Source: an uncultured Spirochaetia bacterium
GTDB taxonomy: Bacteria; Oederibacteriota; PGYV01; Palsa-1178
Assembly (NCBI GenBank): GCA_964443355.1
Contig: CAYUDX010000014.1
Location: 17,992 to 81,991, forward strand
Direction: 5' to 3'
Length of the DNA stretch: 64,000 bases
The first letter of the stretch is position 1, and each line of letters starts with the position of its first letter. A model generated the notes under the pieces. It searched no databases and was not told where the DNA came from. It was given only the letters and a program-made list of their open reading frames with translations. The translations under genes and the position numbers were made by a program. This document shows positions 36,707 through 46,673 of the stretch, in pieces.

Positions 36707-37411
36707 TTAAAAATAGGTCACGTAAGTGATCCGCAGAACCCTTGAGAGCGTGTAATCGGAAAAACCCACGTCCCGGCCCTTGTTGCCGTAGCCGTACCTT
36801 ATCCCGACGTCTATCTGTATGGGATCGAAAAAATATCCTATCAGGCCGTTTATATGCTTCGAGTCGGCCGAACCGAATATGCCGTCGAACTCCGCGCCCA
36901 TAGTGAATTCCTTTGTTATGGCGAATTCAACGCCGGCGCCGGCGTCAATGTTGTTTCCCAGGTACGTAAAATCGGTCTTATATACCGTCCCGGTCACCTG
37001 GGCGAAAGCCGTTCCCATGCTTATCTCTTTCGTTACCGCCAGATAAGCGCCTTTCTGCGGCACGTCGGAATATCCCGCGCCTTCATATCCTATCGCGATG
37101 GCCGGCATCGATCCGTCGTCGTCGGTCAGCCTGATCTTTGCCAGAAACCCCGGCAGGTTCATGGTGACGTTTCCGGTGCCTATAATATTGTCAACCGCAG
37201 CGGCCCCGCCTATAAACAGCCTGTCGAATAGCCCCACAAATATCCTGTTGTAAATACCGCCGCCCGGATAGAACTTGAAATCACCGCGGATCTCCCCCTT
37301 GATGAGGGTATTGGCCGTCGGCAAATCCATTATCTCTATGTTCTCGGCCTGTATCCCGAACAAAAACGCCGGAATAACCGCCAGAAAAACCAGTAATGCC
37401 GTTTTTTTCAA
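36707..37411 (-). CDS. YjbH-like outer-membrane beta-barrel protein
   Basis: Signal peptide; DLPTANTL motif; alternating beta-strands; C-terminal RITYVTYF. Confidence 0.55.
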   Translation of the reverse strand: MKKTALLVFLAVIPAFLFGIQAENIEIMDLPTANTLIKGEIRGDFKFYPGGGIYNRIFVGLFDRLFIGGAAAVDNIIGTGNVTMNLPGFLAKIRLTDDDGSMPAIAIGYEGAGYSDVPQKGAYLAVTKEISMGTAFAQVTGTVYKTDFTYLGNNIDAGAGVEFAITKEFTMGAEFDGIFGSADSKHINGLIGYFFDPIQIDVGIRYGYGNKGRDVGFSDYTLSRVLRITYVTYF

Positions 37412-37485
37412 CCATTCCTCCGCTTATACGGTAATCCACCGGAACATGATATTATATTTCCGGCTGATTGTAAAACACTTTTACC

Positions 37486-37950
37486 CTACGGTTCCTTCTT
37501 GTCCGTCAGGAATTTCTGCAGTTCCTTGGTGAACGCGTTTATGTCCTTGAACTGCCTGTAAACCGAGGCGAACCTTACATAAGCCACTTCGTCGAGTTTG
37601 GCGAGTTTTTCCATGAGCATTTCGCCTATTATATTGGAAGCCACTTCCTTTTCCATCCTTGAATAAAGCTGTTTTTCTATGTCGTCTATGACCTCGTAAA
37701 GTTTTTCAACCGATATCGGCCTTTTCTCGCAGGCCTTTGTAAGCCCGGAAAGTATCTTGTTCCTGTCGAACGACTCGCGCCTGCCGTCCTTTTTTATGAC
37801 CATGGGCAGGGCGTGTTCCACCTGCTCGTATGTCGTGAACCTTTTGGCGCATTTAAGGCATTCGCGCCTTCTCCTAATGGCTTCGCCGTCGCGGCTCTCG
37901 CGGGAATCGACGACCTTGTCTTTTTTATGGCCGCAGTAAGGGCACTTCAT
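37486..37950 (-). CDS. nrdR: Transcriptional repressor NrdR
   Basis: [29 protein letters not shown] zinc ribbon; ATP cone; [12 protein letters not shown]. Confidence 0.98.
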   Translation of the reverse strand: MKCPYCGHKKDKVVDSRESRDGEAIRRRRECLKCAKRFTTYEQVEHALPMVIKKDGRRESFDRNKILSGLTKACEKRPISVEKLYEVIDDIEKQLYSRMEKEVASNIIGEMLMEKLAKLDEVAYVRFASVYRQFKDINAFTKELQKFLTDKKEP

Positions 37951-40220
37951 ATCTTTCCCCTCTTCCTCAGGGCGTCAAGCTGAAGGGTCGCCCTTGTGTC
38001 CGAAGGGTTTATCTTGAGCACTTCGTTATAGGAATCCGCGGCTTTGCCGTAGGCTCCGGTCATTTCATACAGGCGCGCCAGGTTGAGCCATCCCTCGGCG
38101 TAATCCGGTTTTATGTCCACGACCCTGGTAAACATGTCTATAGCCTTGTCGAATTTATTGATATTGACGTAAATTATGCCCATATTGGAATAGGTTGAAA
38201 GCTGGGTGGTGGTGTCCCTGTACCACTGCTTTTTCGGGTCCACGGCCTGTTCGTAAAAATAAAGGGTGTCGTTGATGCGTTCCTTGCCCTGGAGCATTAG
38301 CATGTAACCCATATAGCTGTAGGGAACCGCAAAATCAGGATACATTTTTATGTATCCCTGGCAGATGTCGGCCGCTTTCTGCCATTCCTTCCTGTTCATA
38401 TAGACGGTTGCCAGGTCCAGCCCGAAATAGGCGTTGTTTGGGTCGCGTTTTATGGCTTCATCGTAATATCTTATGGCCGTGTCGTTCTTGGACGGGTCTA
38501 TGGTTTCCCCGAAATGTTTGTAAACCCTGGCAAGGTTGTTGTAATTGTAGCCGTTCATTGGGTTCATCTCGATGGTATGCTCGTGAATGGACGCGGCTTT
38601 GTTGATAAAGTAAAGCTTCTTGTCCCGGTCCGTTTCCTGGTGCATGAGCTTCTCGTAGGATATCCCGTATTTAACCCAGTATATCTCGCTATTCGGGTTA
38701 AGGCCGACCGCCTCCTGGAAATATGAGACCGCGACCGCGTCCTTGTCCGAGACGCTGGCGATATTGCCTATCTTATAATACATGTCCCCCATCCATTCCC
38801 TTATAAGCCCGACGGACATTAACATCAGTATTATAACAACTACGGAATAAACGAGCCCCTTGTTGCGGGATATGAACGATGAAAATCCGCCGGAGAACTG
38901 GGCCGAATAGAACTTTTTGGAGGAGGTGTCCAGTGAAATTATGAGCCCGAGCGCCATCCAGAAGAACAGGCCGTAGGCAACGACGGTGTAATTGAAGAGC
39001 CCCTGTATAAGGTAACCGATGGTCCCCATCAGTATTGCGAACGACATGTAACGCCTGTGGGAATTCTTCTCCCCCAGGACAAGGTTAAGGGCCTTTTTGA
39101 AGAACGCGGTCAAAAGCAGCAGGTAAAACGACATGCCGACTATCCCCTGCGTGGCCAGCACCTGCAGGAAAATATTGTGCGTTTTTTCGGGAGTGCCGTT
39201 CCATTCGAGCTGCCAATATATCGGGAACCTGTAGTACGGGAACATGACCTGGAATGTGTCCAGCCCGGTCCCGAGGACCGGATAATCACGGAACATCATG
39301 AAAGCGCTTTTCCAGATGTAAACCCTGGGGGTCAGCGTGATGCCGTGGAAAGAAAAAAGGTTTTTTGAACGGCTCCATATCATTGCGAGGGCTTCCTGCA
39401 CCTTTGGCACAAAGAACATCACCAGGGCCATTATCCCGAACATTATGAACCACGTCTTGTTCATGTCAAAAAGTTCCTTCTCGCCTTTTCTCGCGTCGTA
39501 AACGGTGTAAACCGCTATAAGGACGACAGTGGTGATAAAACTGAGCATCCCTGCCCTTGATTTTGTCAAAAAGAGCACTATGGCCGCGATTAGCAGGACC
39601 GCCAGGATCATTATTTTTTTGTTCATCTTATGCGTGATGAAGAACATGATAAAAAGAACCGGGATGGTCTCCACAAGGTAGGCGGCAAGGAAATTCGGGT
39701 TGCCCAGGGTGGAAAAAAACCTGTCAGGGCTGTAGGTGTCCGGGTTCCACATAACGAAATCAAAACCGAAATTCTGGGCCAGGCCGTAGCCGCTTATCAC
39801 AAGCGTGGATATGAGCATCGCCGTCAGGAGCTTGTATATGGTCTCCGTTTTCCTGGCGAAATTCACCGTCACAAAATAGAGAAGGAAATAAAAAAGCATG
39901 GTAAGTATCCCCTCAAAATCCTCGTAAACGCCGAACACCGAAAGGAAAAAATTGCGCGTGACAAAAGTCGTGATAACGCAGGCCGCAATATAGCCCAGAA
40001 CGGGAAAGTCGAAATCAGTGCGCGCCAGGACCACCTTTTTATCCATGAGCACCATGATGAGCCATGAAGCCGCTATCACAAGCAGGAATATCTTAAAGAC
40101 CAGGAGCTTGTTTATCTCGAACACGTCGTTGGTCCTGGTATAAAATATCACCGGCACCAGTATGGTGACGGCGAGCAGGCTCAGCTCGATCATTTTCTCA
40201 AGATATTTCTTTGCCGCCAT
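37947..40220 (-). CDS. O-antigen-ligase/O-OTase-like membrane protein with C-terminal TPR repeats
   Basis: [49 protein letters not shown] (Wzy_C-like); C-terminal TPRs. Confidence 0.85.
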   Translation of the reverse strand: MAAKKYLEKMIELSLLAVTILVPVIFYTRTNDVFEINKLLVFKIFLLVIAASWLIMVLMDKKVVLARTDFDFPVLGYIAACVITTFVTRNFFLSVFGVYEDFEGILTMLFYFLLYFVTVNFARKTETIYKLLTAMLISTLVISGYGLAQNFGFDFVMWNPDTYSPDRFFSTLGNPNFLAAYLVETIPVLFIMFFITHKMNKKIMILAVLLIAAIVLFLTKSRAGMLSFITTVVLIAVYTVYDARKGEKELFDMNKTWFIMFGIMALVMFFVPKVQEALAMIWSRSKNLFSFHGITLTPRVYIWKSAFMMFRDYPVLGTGLDTFQVMFPYYRFPIYWQLEWNGTPEKTHNIFLQVLATQGIVGMSFYLLLLTAFFKKALNLVLGEKNSHRRYMSFAILMGTIGYLIQGLFNYTVVAYGLFFWMALGLIISLDTSSKKFYSAQFSGGFSSFISRNKGLVYSVVVIILMLMSVGLIREWMGDMYYKIGNIASVSDKDAVAVSYFQEAVGLNPNSEIYWVKYGISYEKLMHQETDRDKKLYFINKAASIHEHTIEMNPMNGYNYNNLARVYKHFGETIDPSKNDTAIRYYDEAIKRDPNNAYFGLDLATVYMNRKEWQKAADICQGYIKMYPDFAVPYSYMGYMLMLQGKERINDTLYFYEQAVDPKKQWYRDTTTQLSTYSNMGIIYVNINKFDKAIDMFTRVVDIKPDYAEGWLNLARLYEMTGAYGKAADSYNEVLKINPSDTRATLQLDALRKRGKI

Positions 40221-40251
40221 TGCATTACCCCTCGGTTATTTTTATGGCCCC

Positions 40252-41499
40252 TTATTTATTGTAAACGGGAAACCTGGAACAAAGTTTTTTAACCTTTTCC
40301 CTGACGCCTTTTATGACGGCCTCGCTGCCAATGTTCTTCAGCACTTCATCGATCCAGCCCGCGATTGCCTCCGTCTCTTTTTCCTTCATGCCGCGCGAAG
40401 ATATCGCCGGCGTCCCGATCCTGATGCCGCTGGTTATGAACGGGTTCTGGGTGTCAAAAGGCACGCCGTTCTTATTCAGGGTTATGCCCGCTTTTTCAAG
40501 GGCAAGCGCCGCGTCTTTACCGGTCAGGTTGTTGACCCTTAAGTCAACAAGTATGAGATGGCAGTCCGTGCCGCCGGTGAGCACCTTGTAGCCTTTTTTT
40601 ATTAGCTCCTGCGCCAGCACCTGCGCGTTCTTTATGACCTGCTCCTGGTACGCAGTAAACGACGGTTTCATCGCCTCGCCGAAACAGATGGCCTTTGCCG
40701 CGATCACGTGCATGAGCGGCCCGCCCTGCAGGCCTGGAAATACAGCCAAATTTATCGCCTTGGCGTACTTTTCCCTGCATAATATAAGACCTCCGCGGGG
40801 TCCCCTTAGCGTTTTGTGCGTGGTCGTGGTGACAAAGTCGCAATACGGCACCGGGTCCGGATAAAGCTTTGTCGCGACAAGCCCTGCGTAATGCGCCATG
40901 TCGGCCAGCAGAAGGGCTCCCACCGAATCAGCTATCTCCCTGAACTTCTTAAAATCTATCTTTCTCGGGTATGCGCTTGCGCCCGCTACGATTATTTTCG
41001 GCCTTACTTCCTGCGCCGTCCTTGCTATCTCGTCGTAATCCAGCAGAAAAGTGTCCTTATTGACCCCGTATGAATGCGCCTTGTAAAGTTTGCCGGAAGA
41101 CGACGCCGGCGCGCCGTGCGTCAAATGCCCTCCGGCCGCAAGGTTCATGCCGAGTATCGGGTCGCCGGGCTGCAGCATAGCAAGATAAACCGCCTGGTTC
41201 GTCTGGGAACCGGAATGGGGCTGCACGTTGGCGTGTTCGGCGCCGAATAATTTTTTCGCCCTGTCGATGGCAAGCTGCTCGATGGAATCGGAATTTTCCA
41301 CCCCCTGATAAAAACGTTTTGCCGGGTATCCCTCGGCGTATTTGTTGGTAAAAACGGAACCCTGCGCCTGCAGAATGGCCTCATCCGCGTAATTCTCCGA
41401 GGCTATCATCAACAGGGTCTCCCTGTTCCTTTTTACCTCAAGCTTTATTATCTCGGCGACTTCTTTGTCCACTTTTTCGATATACTTCGTAAAATCCAT
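40252..41499 (-). CDS. glyA: Serine hydroxymethyltransferase
   Basis: [43 protein letters not shown]. Confidence 0.98.
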   Translation of the reverse strand: MDFTKYIEKVDKEVAEIIKLEVKRNRETLLMIASENYADEAILQAQGSVFTNKYAEGYPAKRFYQGVENSDSIEQLAIDRAKKLFGAEHANVQPHSGSQTNQAVYLAMLQPGDPILGMNLAAGGHLTHGAPASSSGKLYKAHSYGVNKDTFLLDYDEIARTAQEVRPKIIVAGASAYPRKIDFKKFREIADSVGALLLADMAHYAGLVATKLYPDPVPYCDFVTTTTHKTLRGPRGGLILCREKYAKAINLAVFPGLQGGPLMHVIAAKAICFGEAMKPSFTAYQEQVIKNAQVLAQELIKKGYKVLTGGTDCHLILVDLRVNNLTGKDAALALEKAGITLNKNGVPFDTQNPFITSGIRIGTPAISSRGMKEKETEAIAGWIDEVLKNIGSEAVIKGVREKVKKLCSRFPVYNK

Positions 41500-41521
41500 G
41501 GCATCACCTCTGCAAAATATT

Positions 41522-41968
41522 TTATAGGTTCCTGGCTTCGATAGCTTTTATCTTGTCGATCCTTTTATCGTGCCTGGCGCCCTCGTATTCGGTGGCCAGC
41601 CATATCTTCACTATTTCGTCGGCCAGGTTTTTCGCTATCATCCTGCCCGGTAGCACCAGTACGTTGGAATTATTGTGTTTCCTGGCAAAAACCGCGGTGT
41701 ATGTGTTGTCGACCAGCGCGGCGTAAATGCCCTTTATCTTGTTGGCCGCAATCGACATGCCTATGCCCGTGCCGCATATCAGGATGCCGCGGTCATATTT
41801 TCCGGAAAGCACGGCCTCGCCGACTTTTTCGGTATAGTCCGGATAGTCGACCGACTCCTCGTTATAAGGGCCGAAATCCTTGTACTCGGTCTTCTGCGTG
41901 CTCAGGTATTTTTTTATCTCTTCCTTGAGTTCCCATCCGGCGTGGTCGCTCCCCAGCGCAATTTTCAT
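41522..41968 (-). CDS. rpiB: Ribose-5-phosphate isomerase B
   Basis: [45 protein letters not shown]. Confidence 0.96.
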   Translation of the reverse strand: MKIALGSDHAGWELKEEIKKYLSTQKTEYKDFGPYNEESVDYPDYTEKVGEAVLSGKYDRGILICGTGIGMSIAANKIKGIYAALVDNTYTAVFARKHNNSNVLVLPGRMIAKNLADEIVKIWLATEYEGARHDKRIDKIKAIEARNL

Positions 41969-42690
41969 TTCGATTCTCCTTTGGTTTTTTCAGCCGGTGC
42001 CGAAGTTGCGGTCACCGCCGTTGGTACTGCATCGGTTGCGGTCCCGGTAACAGGCCCGCCCGCCGCAGCCGTGGCGGTTACCGACGCCGCCTCGCTTTTT
42101 GCCTCGTCTATCAAAAATTTGTGCGATGAATTGTAATCGGAAACCGCGCATTTCGCCGTAAATACGTCCCACAGCCAGGAAGCCGCGAACATCGTCAGGC
42201 CGCTGAAAAAAACTATCCTTGAAACGTTAAGGCTGTCGCCCTGGTCGTTGGGCCCGAGCACCTCGTTCAGGCTTATGCCCATGATTATCACCGAAACAAT
42301 CTCGGCGCTCAACAGGGACATTCCCATGTTCTGGTTCTTCGCGTAAAACTGCCCGGCGCCGTGCATTATAAACCCCGGAAAAAATGCCTTCTGGAGCCCG
42401 GTGTTCTCGTCCAGCGGGACCACAAGGCTGTTCACTTCAGCGTCCTCTTTGGTTATGTAAGTCTCTTCGAGCCAGGACGAACCCGTCGTCGTATGCTTGA
42501 TGAGCCTGACTTCGTTCCACGGTATGGCCAGCGGCGTTCCCGAAGAAAGCAGCACGTTCAAATAATAGGCGTCAAAATTTTTCACATCGGCGGAAAACTG
42601 CTGGTCATCCTTCAGGACTATCAAATCCGCAAAAACCGGCGCGCATAAAAGAAACGCGGCCACCGTTAAAGCCGTTATTTTTTTCAGCAT
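41965..42690 (-). CDS. Hypothetical exported membrane protein with an Ala/Thr-rich tail
   Basis: Signal peptide; PGFIMHGAGQFY followed by two TM segments; low-complexity C-terminus; translationally coupled to rpiB. Confidence 0.65.
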   Translation of the reverse strand: MLKKITALTVAAFLLCAPVFADLIVLKDDQQFSADVKNFDAYYLNVLLSSGTPLAIPWNEVRLIKHTTTGSSWLEETYITKEDAEVNSLVVPLDENTGLQKAFFPGFIMHGAGQFYAKNQNMGMSLLSAEIVSVIIMGISLNEVLGPNDQGDSLNVSRIVFFSGLTMFAASWLWDVFTAKCAVSDYNSSHKFLIDEAKSEAASVTATAAAGGPVTGTATDAVPTAVTATSAPAEKTKGESK

Positions 42691-42838
42691 TGTATTCCCG
42701 CCTTTTTAAGGATGCCGGCACTTTCACGAAGCCGGCCTTTATCCTGTTTTTATCCTTATCTTTTAAGGTTTTTCTTTAAGCATGCGAATATGGAAAAACC
42801 CGCCGGCAAACGGCCGGAGCCATTTTTCTTCAAGGATG

Positions 42839-42867
42839 ATTATATATTAATGAGGTAAAAAGGTCAA
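42839..42867 (-). promoter_or_regulatory. Sigma-70 promoter of the hypothetical-rpiB-glyA operon
   Basis: TTGACC-N17-TATAAT. Confidence 0.75.
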
Positions 42868-42885
42868 CAATGGGTTTTTAACGTT

Positions 42886-43158
42886 TTATTTGAGCTGGGG
42901 TATTATTACGAATTTCATGGCGCTTTTCTGCTCGCCGTCCAGCTCCAGATGGGTGAATTCCGGCCTTATAAGTATTTCGACACCCTCGGGGCCTATGTAA
43001 TCCCTGGCTATGGTTATGGCTTTCATGGCCTGATTTACCGCAGCCGGCCCCATTACGACTATTTCAACGTCTTTTTTTTCCCTTATATTGTTCACGATCG
43101 ATCCCGCCACCGACTTGGGATTGCTGCCTGCCGCCACTTTCAGCCTTATGAGTTCCAT
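42886..43158 (-). CDS. spoVS: SpoVS-family (Alba-like) protein
   Basis: LKVAAGSNPKSVAGSI..GPAAVNQAMKAITIAR..P.F signature. Confidence 0.9.
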   Translation of the reverse strand: MELIRLKVAAGSNPKSVAGSIVNNIREKKDVEIVVMGPAAVNQAMKAITIARDYIGPEGVEILIRPEFTHLELDGEQKSAMKFVIIPQLK

Positions 43159-43169
43159 TTTATCTCCTT

Positions 43170-43997
43170 TTACAGGTCCAGGGAGACCCTGTATGCTTCA
43201 TTTTTGCTGATATGCAAGGACCCTGCCGCTTCCCTGACGGCGTCCCTTTTTGTCGCTCCCGCCGCGATCAACCTGCGCAGCTCCTGTTCTATGGTTTTTT
43301 CGTCCACCACGGCTTCAGCCCGCATGCCGGGCCCGATCACTATGACAAATTCCCCCCTGAGGTTTTCCTCGTTCAATTCCAGCGCAACCTCAGCCGGGCC
43401 GCCCCTGAAGACGGTTTCATGTATCTTCGTGAGCTCCTTTACCACCGCTGTTTCCCTGCCCGGGAGCAGTTCGGATATCATTGCGAGGGTGTCTTTCACC
43501 CTGTGGGGCGACTCAAGGATGACGCACGGCATCATATATCCCGCCATCTCCCTCAGCTCTTCGGATTTTGCCCTTCCCTTTTTCTCGAGAAAACCGTAAA
43601 AGACAAAGCGCGACGGGTCGAATCCCGAAAGTATCACAGCGCTGAGCACCGATGACGCGCCGGGTATTGCCCGCACCTGTATCCCTTCCTTTATGCACGC
43701 GTCAACGACAATAAAGCCGGGATCGGAAATAAGGGGGGTGCCTGCGTCCGAAACCATGGATATGTCAATCCCCGATTTCAGGAGTTTTATTATTTCTCCG
43801 GTGCGTGACTTCTCGTTGTGCTCGTGGTATGAAATCAGCTTTGACGGGATATCAAAATGGTTCAGGAGTTTGCCGGTGACCCTTGTGTCCTCCGCGATTA
43901 TATACGGGGTCATTTTCATGGTTTCCACGGCCCTGTAAGTCATGTCATTTAAGTTCCCTATAGGGGTTGAGACTACGTAAAGTGTTCCTGTTGTCAT
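43170..43997 (-). CDS. rsmI: 16S rRNA (cytidine1402-2'-O)-methyltransferase
   Basis: LYVVSTPIGNLNDMTYRA, AEDTR, SYHEHNE, VSDAGTPLISDPG, ESPHRV, KELTKIHE, RGEFV. Confidence 0.97.
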   Translation of the reverse strand: MTTGTLYVVSTPIGNLNDMTYRAVETMKMTPYIIAEDTRVTGKLLNHFDIPSKLISYHEHNEKSRTGEIIKLLKSGIDISMVSDAGTPLISDPGFIVVDACIKEGIQVRAIPGASSVLSAVILSGFDPSRFVFYGFLEKKGRAKSEELREMAGYMMPCVILESPHRVKDTLAMISELLPGRETAVVKELTKIHETVFRGGPAEVALELNEENLRGEFVIVIGPGMRAEAVVDEKTIEQELRRLIAAGATKRDAVREAAGSLHISKNEAYRVSLDL

Positions 43998-44029
43998 ATG
44001 CGTCGGTCCCCTTTTAAAAAGGTCCTGCG

Positions 44030-44473
44030 TTAAAAATATTTCTTGTATTCCTTTATTTTCTCCATTATGGAATGATTCTCCGCATTCAATGCGGTAATCT
44101 CGTTCCTCAGGGTTTCCGTTTCCTTTTTCTTGTAATTTGCGACCACGACAAGTTTGTGTTTTTCCTCCCTGTAGCCGGTCTCATAAAGGCCCAGCACGAG
44201 CGACACGGCGAATATTATCGCGTTCTCCGCGATGAGCTGGTGCGTCTGGCCTATGACCTCATAAAATGCCAGGCCCCATATAACCGCGGACACGAGCATC
44301 ACTATTATGATTATGTCCTTCATCTGCATGTGTATGGAAAGCAATATTACCGAAATGACTATCATCTGGAAAGGCGCGTGCATAAACTCGTTCTCCGGAA
44401 GAAAAGCCGTCAGGGCTATGGCTATCGCGATCAACAGCAGTGAAAATACAAGTATCAGTTTTTTATCAGACAT
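44030..44473 (-). CDS. Hypothetical membrane protein (about 4 TM plus C-terminal coiled coil)
   Basis: Hydrophobic N-terminal two-thirds and charged heptad-like tail; start overlaps the upstream stop. Confidence 0.7.
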   Translation of the reverse strand: MSDKKLILVFSLLLIAIAIALTAFLPENEFMHAPFQMIVISVILLSIHMQMKDIIIIVMLVSAVIWGLAFYEVIGQTHQLIAENAIIFAVSLVLGLYETGYREEKHKLVVVANYKKKETETLRNEITALNAENHSIMEKIKEYKKYF

Positions 44474-45377
44474 ATTTTTCCTCCGCCAGGACCCTGGCCA
44501 GCATCGAGCCTATAATATCAAGGAAACGCAGGTCCTCCTGGTTGAAACACCCTGGCTGGTCCGAATTTACCCTTAATATACCGACGACCGCGTCCTTAAC
44601 GAATACCGGGACCGAGATAAGCGACCTGATGTTGTCCTCGCCGTCGGATTTAAAGCGGATCTCCTTGTCCATGTCGGTTATTATTATCGACTTCTTGTTG
44701 TGAAGTATGAATTCGTCAAAATTTTTCAGGTAAAGGCTTTCCACGTCCGGCTCTCCGGTCAGCAGGTCGTCCTTTTTATCCGCCATTATTTTCATGACCT
44801 TGTCCGATCTTGTCAGAAAAAGCGATATTGACTTTTCCTGATGGAAAATATCTATGACGTTGCGCAGGACATGGCGCATTTTCGATGAAAAATCGGTCTG
44901 GGAAGAAAGGCTGTCGTATATTTCCTTGAGCTTTACATATTTTTCAAGCTTGGCGCTGTTGGCTTCCATGCCGGTCACGAGATTTTTCTTCTCGATTATC
45001 ATGGCCGCATAGTCACCCTCGAGCCCTTTTAGCTGGTCCTGCGTGGATGAAAGCATAAAGGCGCTCGTATCCCCGAGTTTTTTGACGATAAAAAAGGATA
45101 CGTAAAGTATCAACAGGCCGGCTATCACCGGGACCATCTGTGCCTCGCCCGAAATGGACTTGAAAATGGCGAGCACATAAAGCACCGTGCTGAATATAAG
45201 GAATATGGTGCCCGCCATCGAGCCAAGGAGAAGGTAACCCCCGACCACTATAAAGGTCGAGGCAAAAAGCGCGGGCTGCCACCATGAATGGCTGGGAAGC
45301 ACAAAGATCGATGCCGCCATAGCGATTGCGGTCAGGAAGATCAATACTCTCGTCAGGTTTTCAAGCGCTTTCTTCAT
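44466..45377 (-). CDS. Membrane protein with coiled coil and C-terminal GAF domain (start corrected to 45377)
   Basis: About 4 TM segments, then IRSLISVPV..VVGILRVNSDQPGCFNQEDLRFLDIIG (GAF). Confidence 0.8.
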   Translation of the reverse strand: MKKALENLTRVLIFLTAIAMAASIFVLPSHSWWQPALFASTFIVVGGYLLLGSMAGTIFLIFSTVLYVLAIFKSISGEAQMVPVIAGLLILYVSFFIVKKLGDTSAFMLSSTQDQLKGLEGDYAAMIIEKKNLVTGMEANSAKLEKYVKLKEIYDSLSSQTDFSSKMRHVLRNVIDIFHQEKSISLFLTRSDKVMKIMADKKDDLLTGEPDVESLYLKNFDEFILHNKKSIIITDMDKEIRFKSDGEDNIRSLISVPVFVKDAVVGILRVNSDQPGCFNQEDLRFLDIIGSMLARVLAEEKYV

Positions 45378-45429
45378 TTTGTCAGCTCCATAGTCGGTAT
45401 GTGTTGTAATGTAAAAAGTTGCGCTTATT

Positions 45430-46278
45430 TCATTCGCCCATCGAATCAAGGGTCTTTAAGTTCGTCTTTGCGGTGTCGTCCGTCGGGTTTATCTGCAGGG
45501 ACCTTGCCCACTGCACCCTGGCGTTCTTATAATCCTTTTTCTGGTAATAGGCGTTGCCCATGTTGTTGTATATGGGTGACTTCGTCGAGTCCAGTTTAAG
45601 GGCCTGTTCCAGGATATTTATCGCGTCCTGTACCCTGTTGACCTTGAGATATATCGATCCCAGGTTGTTGTATGCCATGGCGTCCGTGGGTTTGAGCCGC
45701 ACAAGGGATTCGAACGCCTTTACAGCCGCGTCAAAATTTCCTTTTTCAAAATAAGCCATGCCGAGTTTTTTATAAACAAGGTCGTCGTTGGGATTTTTTG
45801 ATATTACGAATTCAAGCTCGGGGATGGCGTTTCCGTTGTCTTTTTTAAGGAGGTAATCGAGCCCGAGCCTTTTATGCGCCTCGAGGTTGTCCGGGTTGAG
45901 CTGGATTATCTTTCTCCATATCTCCATCGCCTCGTCTATCCTGCCCTTGTCGTGTTCCTCGTTGCCGAGCGACAGGTATGAAGTCTCCAGTTTTCCCTTT
46001 AACTCTTCAAGGGCGGGCCTGAGCTTTAGCGCGACCTCCCATTCGGTTATCGCCTCTAGCAACATGCCTTTGTCGGCAAAAACATCGCCAAGGGACTTGT
46101 GCACGATCGGGTCGGATGGATTTATAGCTATGGACGACTGGAGTTCCTCTATGGCGTCGTCAAGCTTGCCGCTTTCGTAATACTGCATTCCGAGCTCATA
46201 GTGGGTAAGTGTGGATGCGCAGCCGACCAGAAAGATCATCAGGAACGCGGCCAAAAAGTATTTAATTTTCATCAACAT
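45430..46278 (-). CDS. TPR-repeat lipoprotein
   Basis: Lipobox LVGC; about 7 TPRs (AYNNLGSIY, IYNNMGNAY). Confidence 0.88.
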   Translation of the reverse strand: MLMKIKYFLAAFLMIFLVGCASTLTHYELGMQYYESGKLDDAIEELQSSIAINPSDPIVHKSLGDVFADKGMLLEAITEWEVALKLRPALEELKGKLETSYLSLGNEEHDKGRIDEAMEIWRKIIQLNPDNLEAHKRLGLDYLLKKDNGNAIPELEFVISKNPNDDLVYKKLGMAYFEKGNFDAAVKAFESLVRLKPTDAMAYNNLGSIYLKVNRVQDAINILEQALKLDSTKSPIYNNMGNAYYQKKDYKNARVQWARSLQINPTDDTAKTNLKTLDSMGE

Positions 46279-46360
46279 ACCTCCCGATTTGCATATATAA
46301 ATATGGATGAAATTATATTAACACATATTTTGGATTTGTCAATAATATTGGTTTTACCTT

Positions 46361-46389
46361 TTGACTTTTTACTTTAATTATGTTATATT
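46361..46389 (+). promoter_or_regulatory. Sigma-70 promoter of rpmB with extended -10
   Basis: TTGACT-N17-TATATT with TGn; a divergent TTGACA is present on the minus strand at 46337-46342. Confidence 0.65.
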
Positions 46390-46427
46390 TTTACCCTGAT
46401 TAAGAAAATTCAAGGAGGCTTAAAAAA

Positions 46428-46619
46428 ATGGCAAGATCATGTGTAATTTGCGATAAAAAGCCGGTTACGGCAAACAACGTATCGCACGCAAGGAACAGGA
46501 CCAAAACACGGAACAAACCCAATTTACAGCCCGTTAAGATACTTTTGAACGGCAAGGTACAGAGGGCGCTGGTATGTACGCGTTGTTTGAGGTCCGGGAA
46601 AGTCAAAAAAGTCGCCTAA
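46428..46619 (+). CDS. rpmB: 50S ribosomal protein L28 (Cys-containing form)
   Basis: MARSCVICDK..NNVSHA..KPNLQ..VCTRCLRSGKV; GGAGG RBS. Confidence 0.96.
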   Translation: MARSCVICDKKPVTANNVSHARNRTKTRNKPNLQPVKILLNGKVQRALVCTRCLRSGKVKKVA

Positions 46620-46638
46620 ACAGGCAATTAACATTGAT

Positions 46639-46667
46639 AAAAAAACCGCGGTCAACGCGGTTTTTTT
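46639..46667. terminator. Bidirectional terminator between convergent rpmB and rel
   Basis: AAAAAAACCGCG-gtcaa-CGCGGTTTTTTT. Confidence 0.85.
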
Positions 46668-46673
46668 GTTTTT

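Noticed and set aside
42691-42838. ZTP or glycine riboswitch in the leader of the glyA-containing operon
   Set aside because: No recognisable consensus; an Rfam scan would be needed to exclude it fully.
44466-44470. Stop-codon readthrough or alternative genetic code extending the GAF protein
   Set aside because: TGA is followed immediately by TAA, and conserved genes throughout the window translate at normal length with the standard code.
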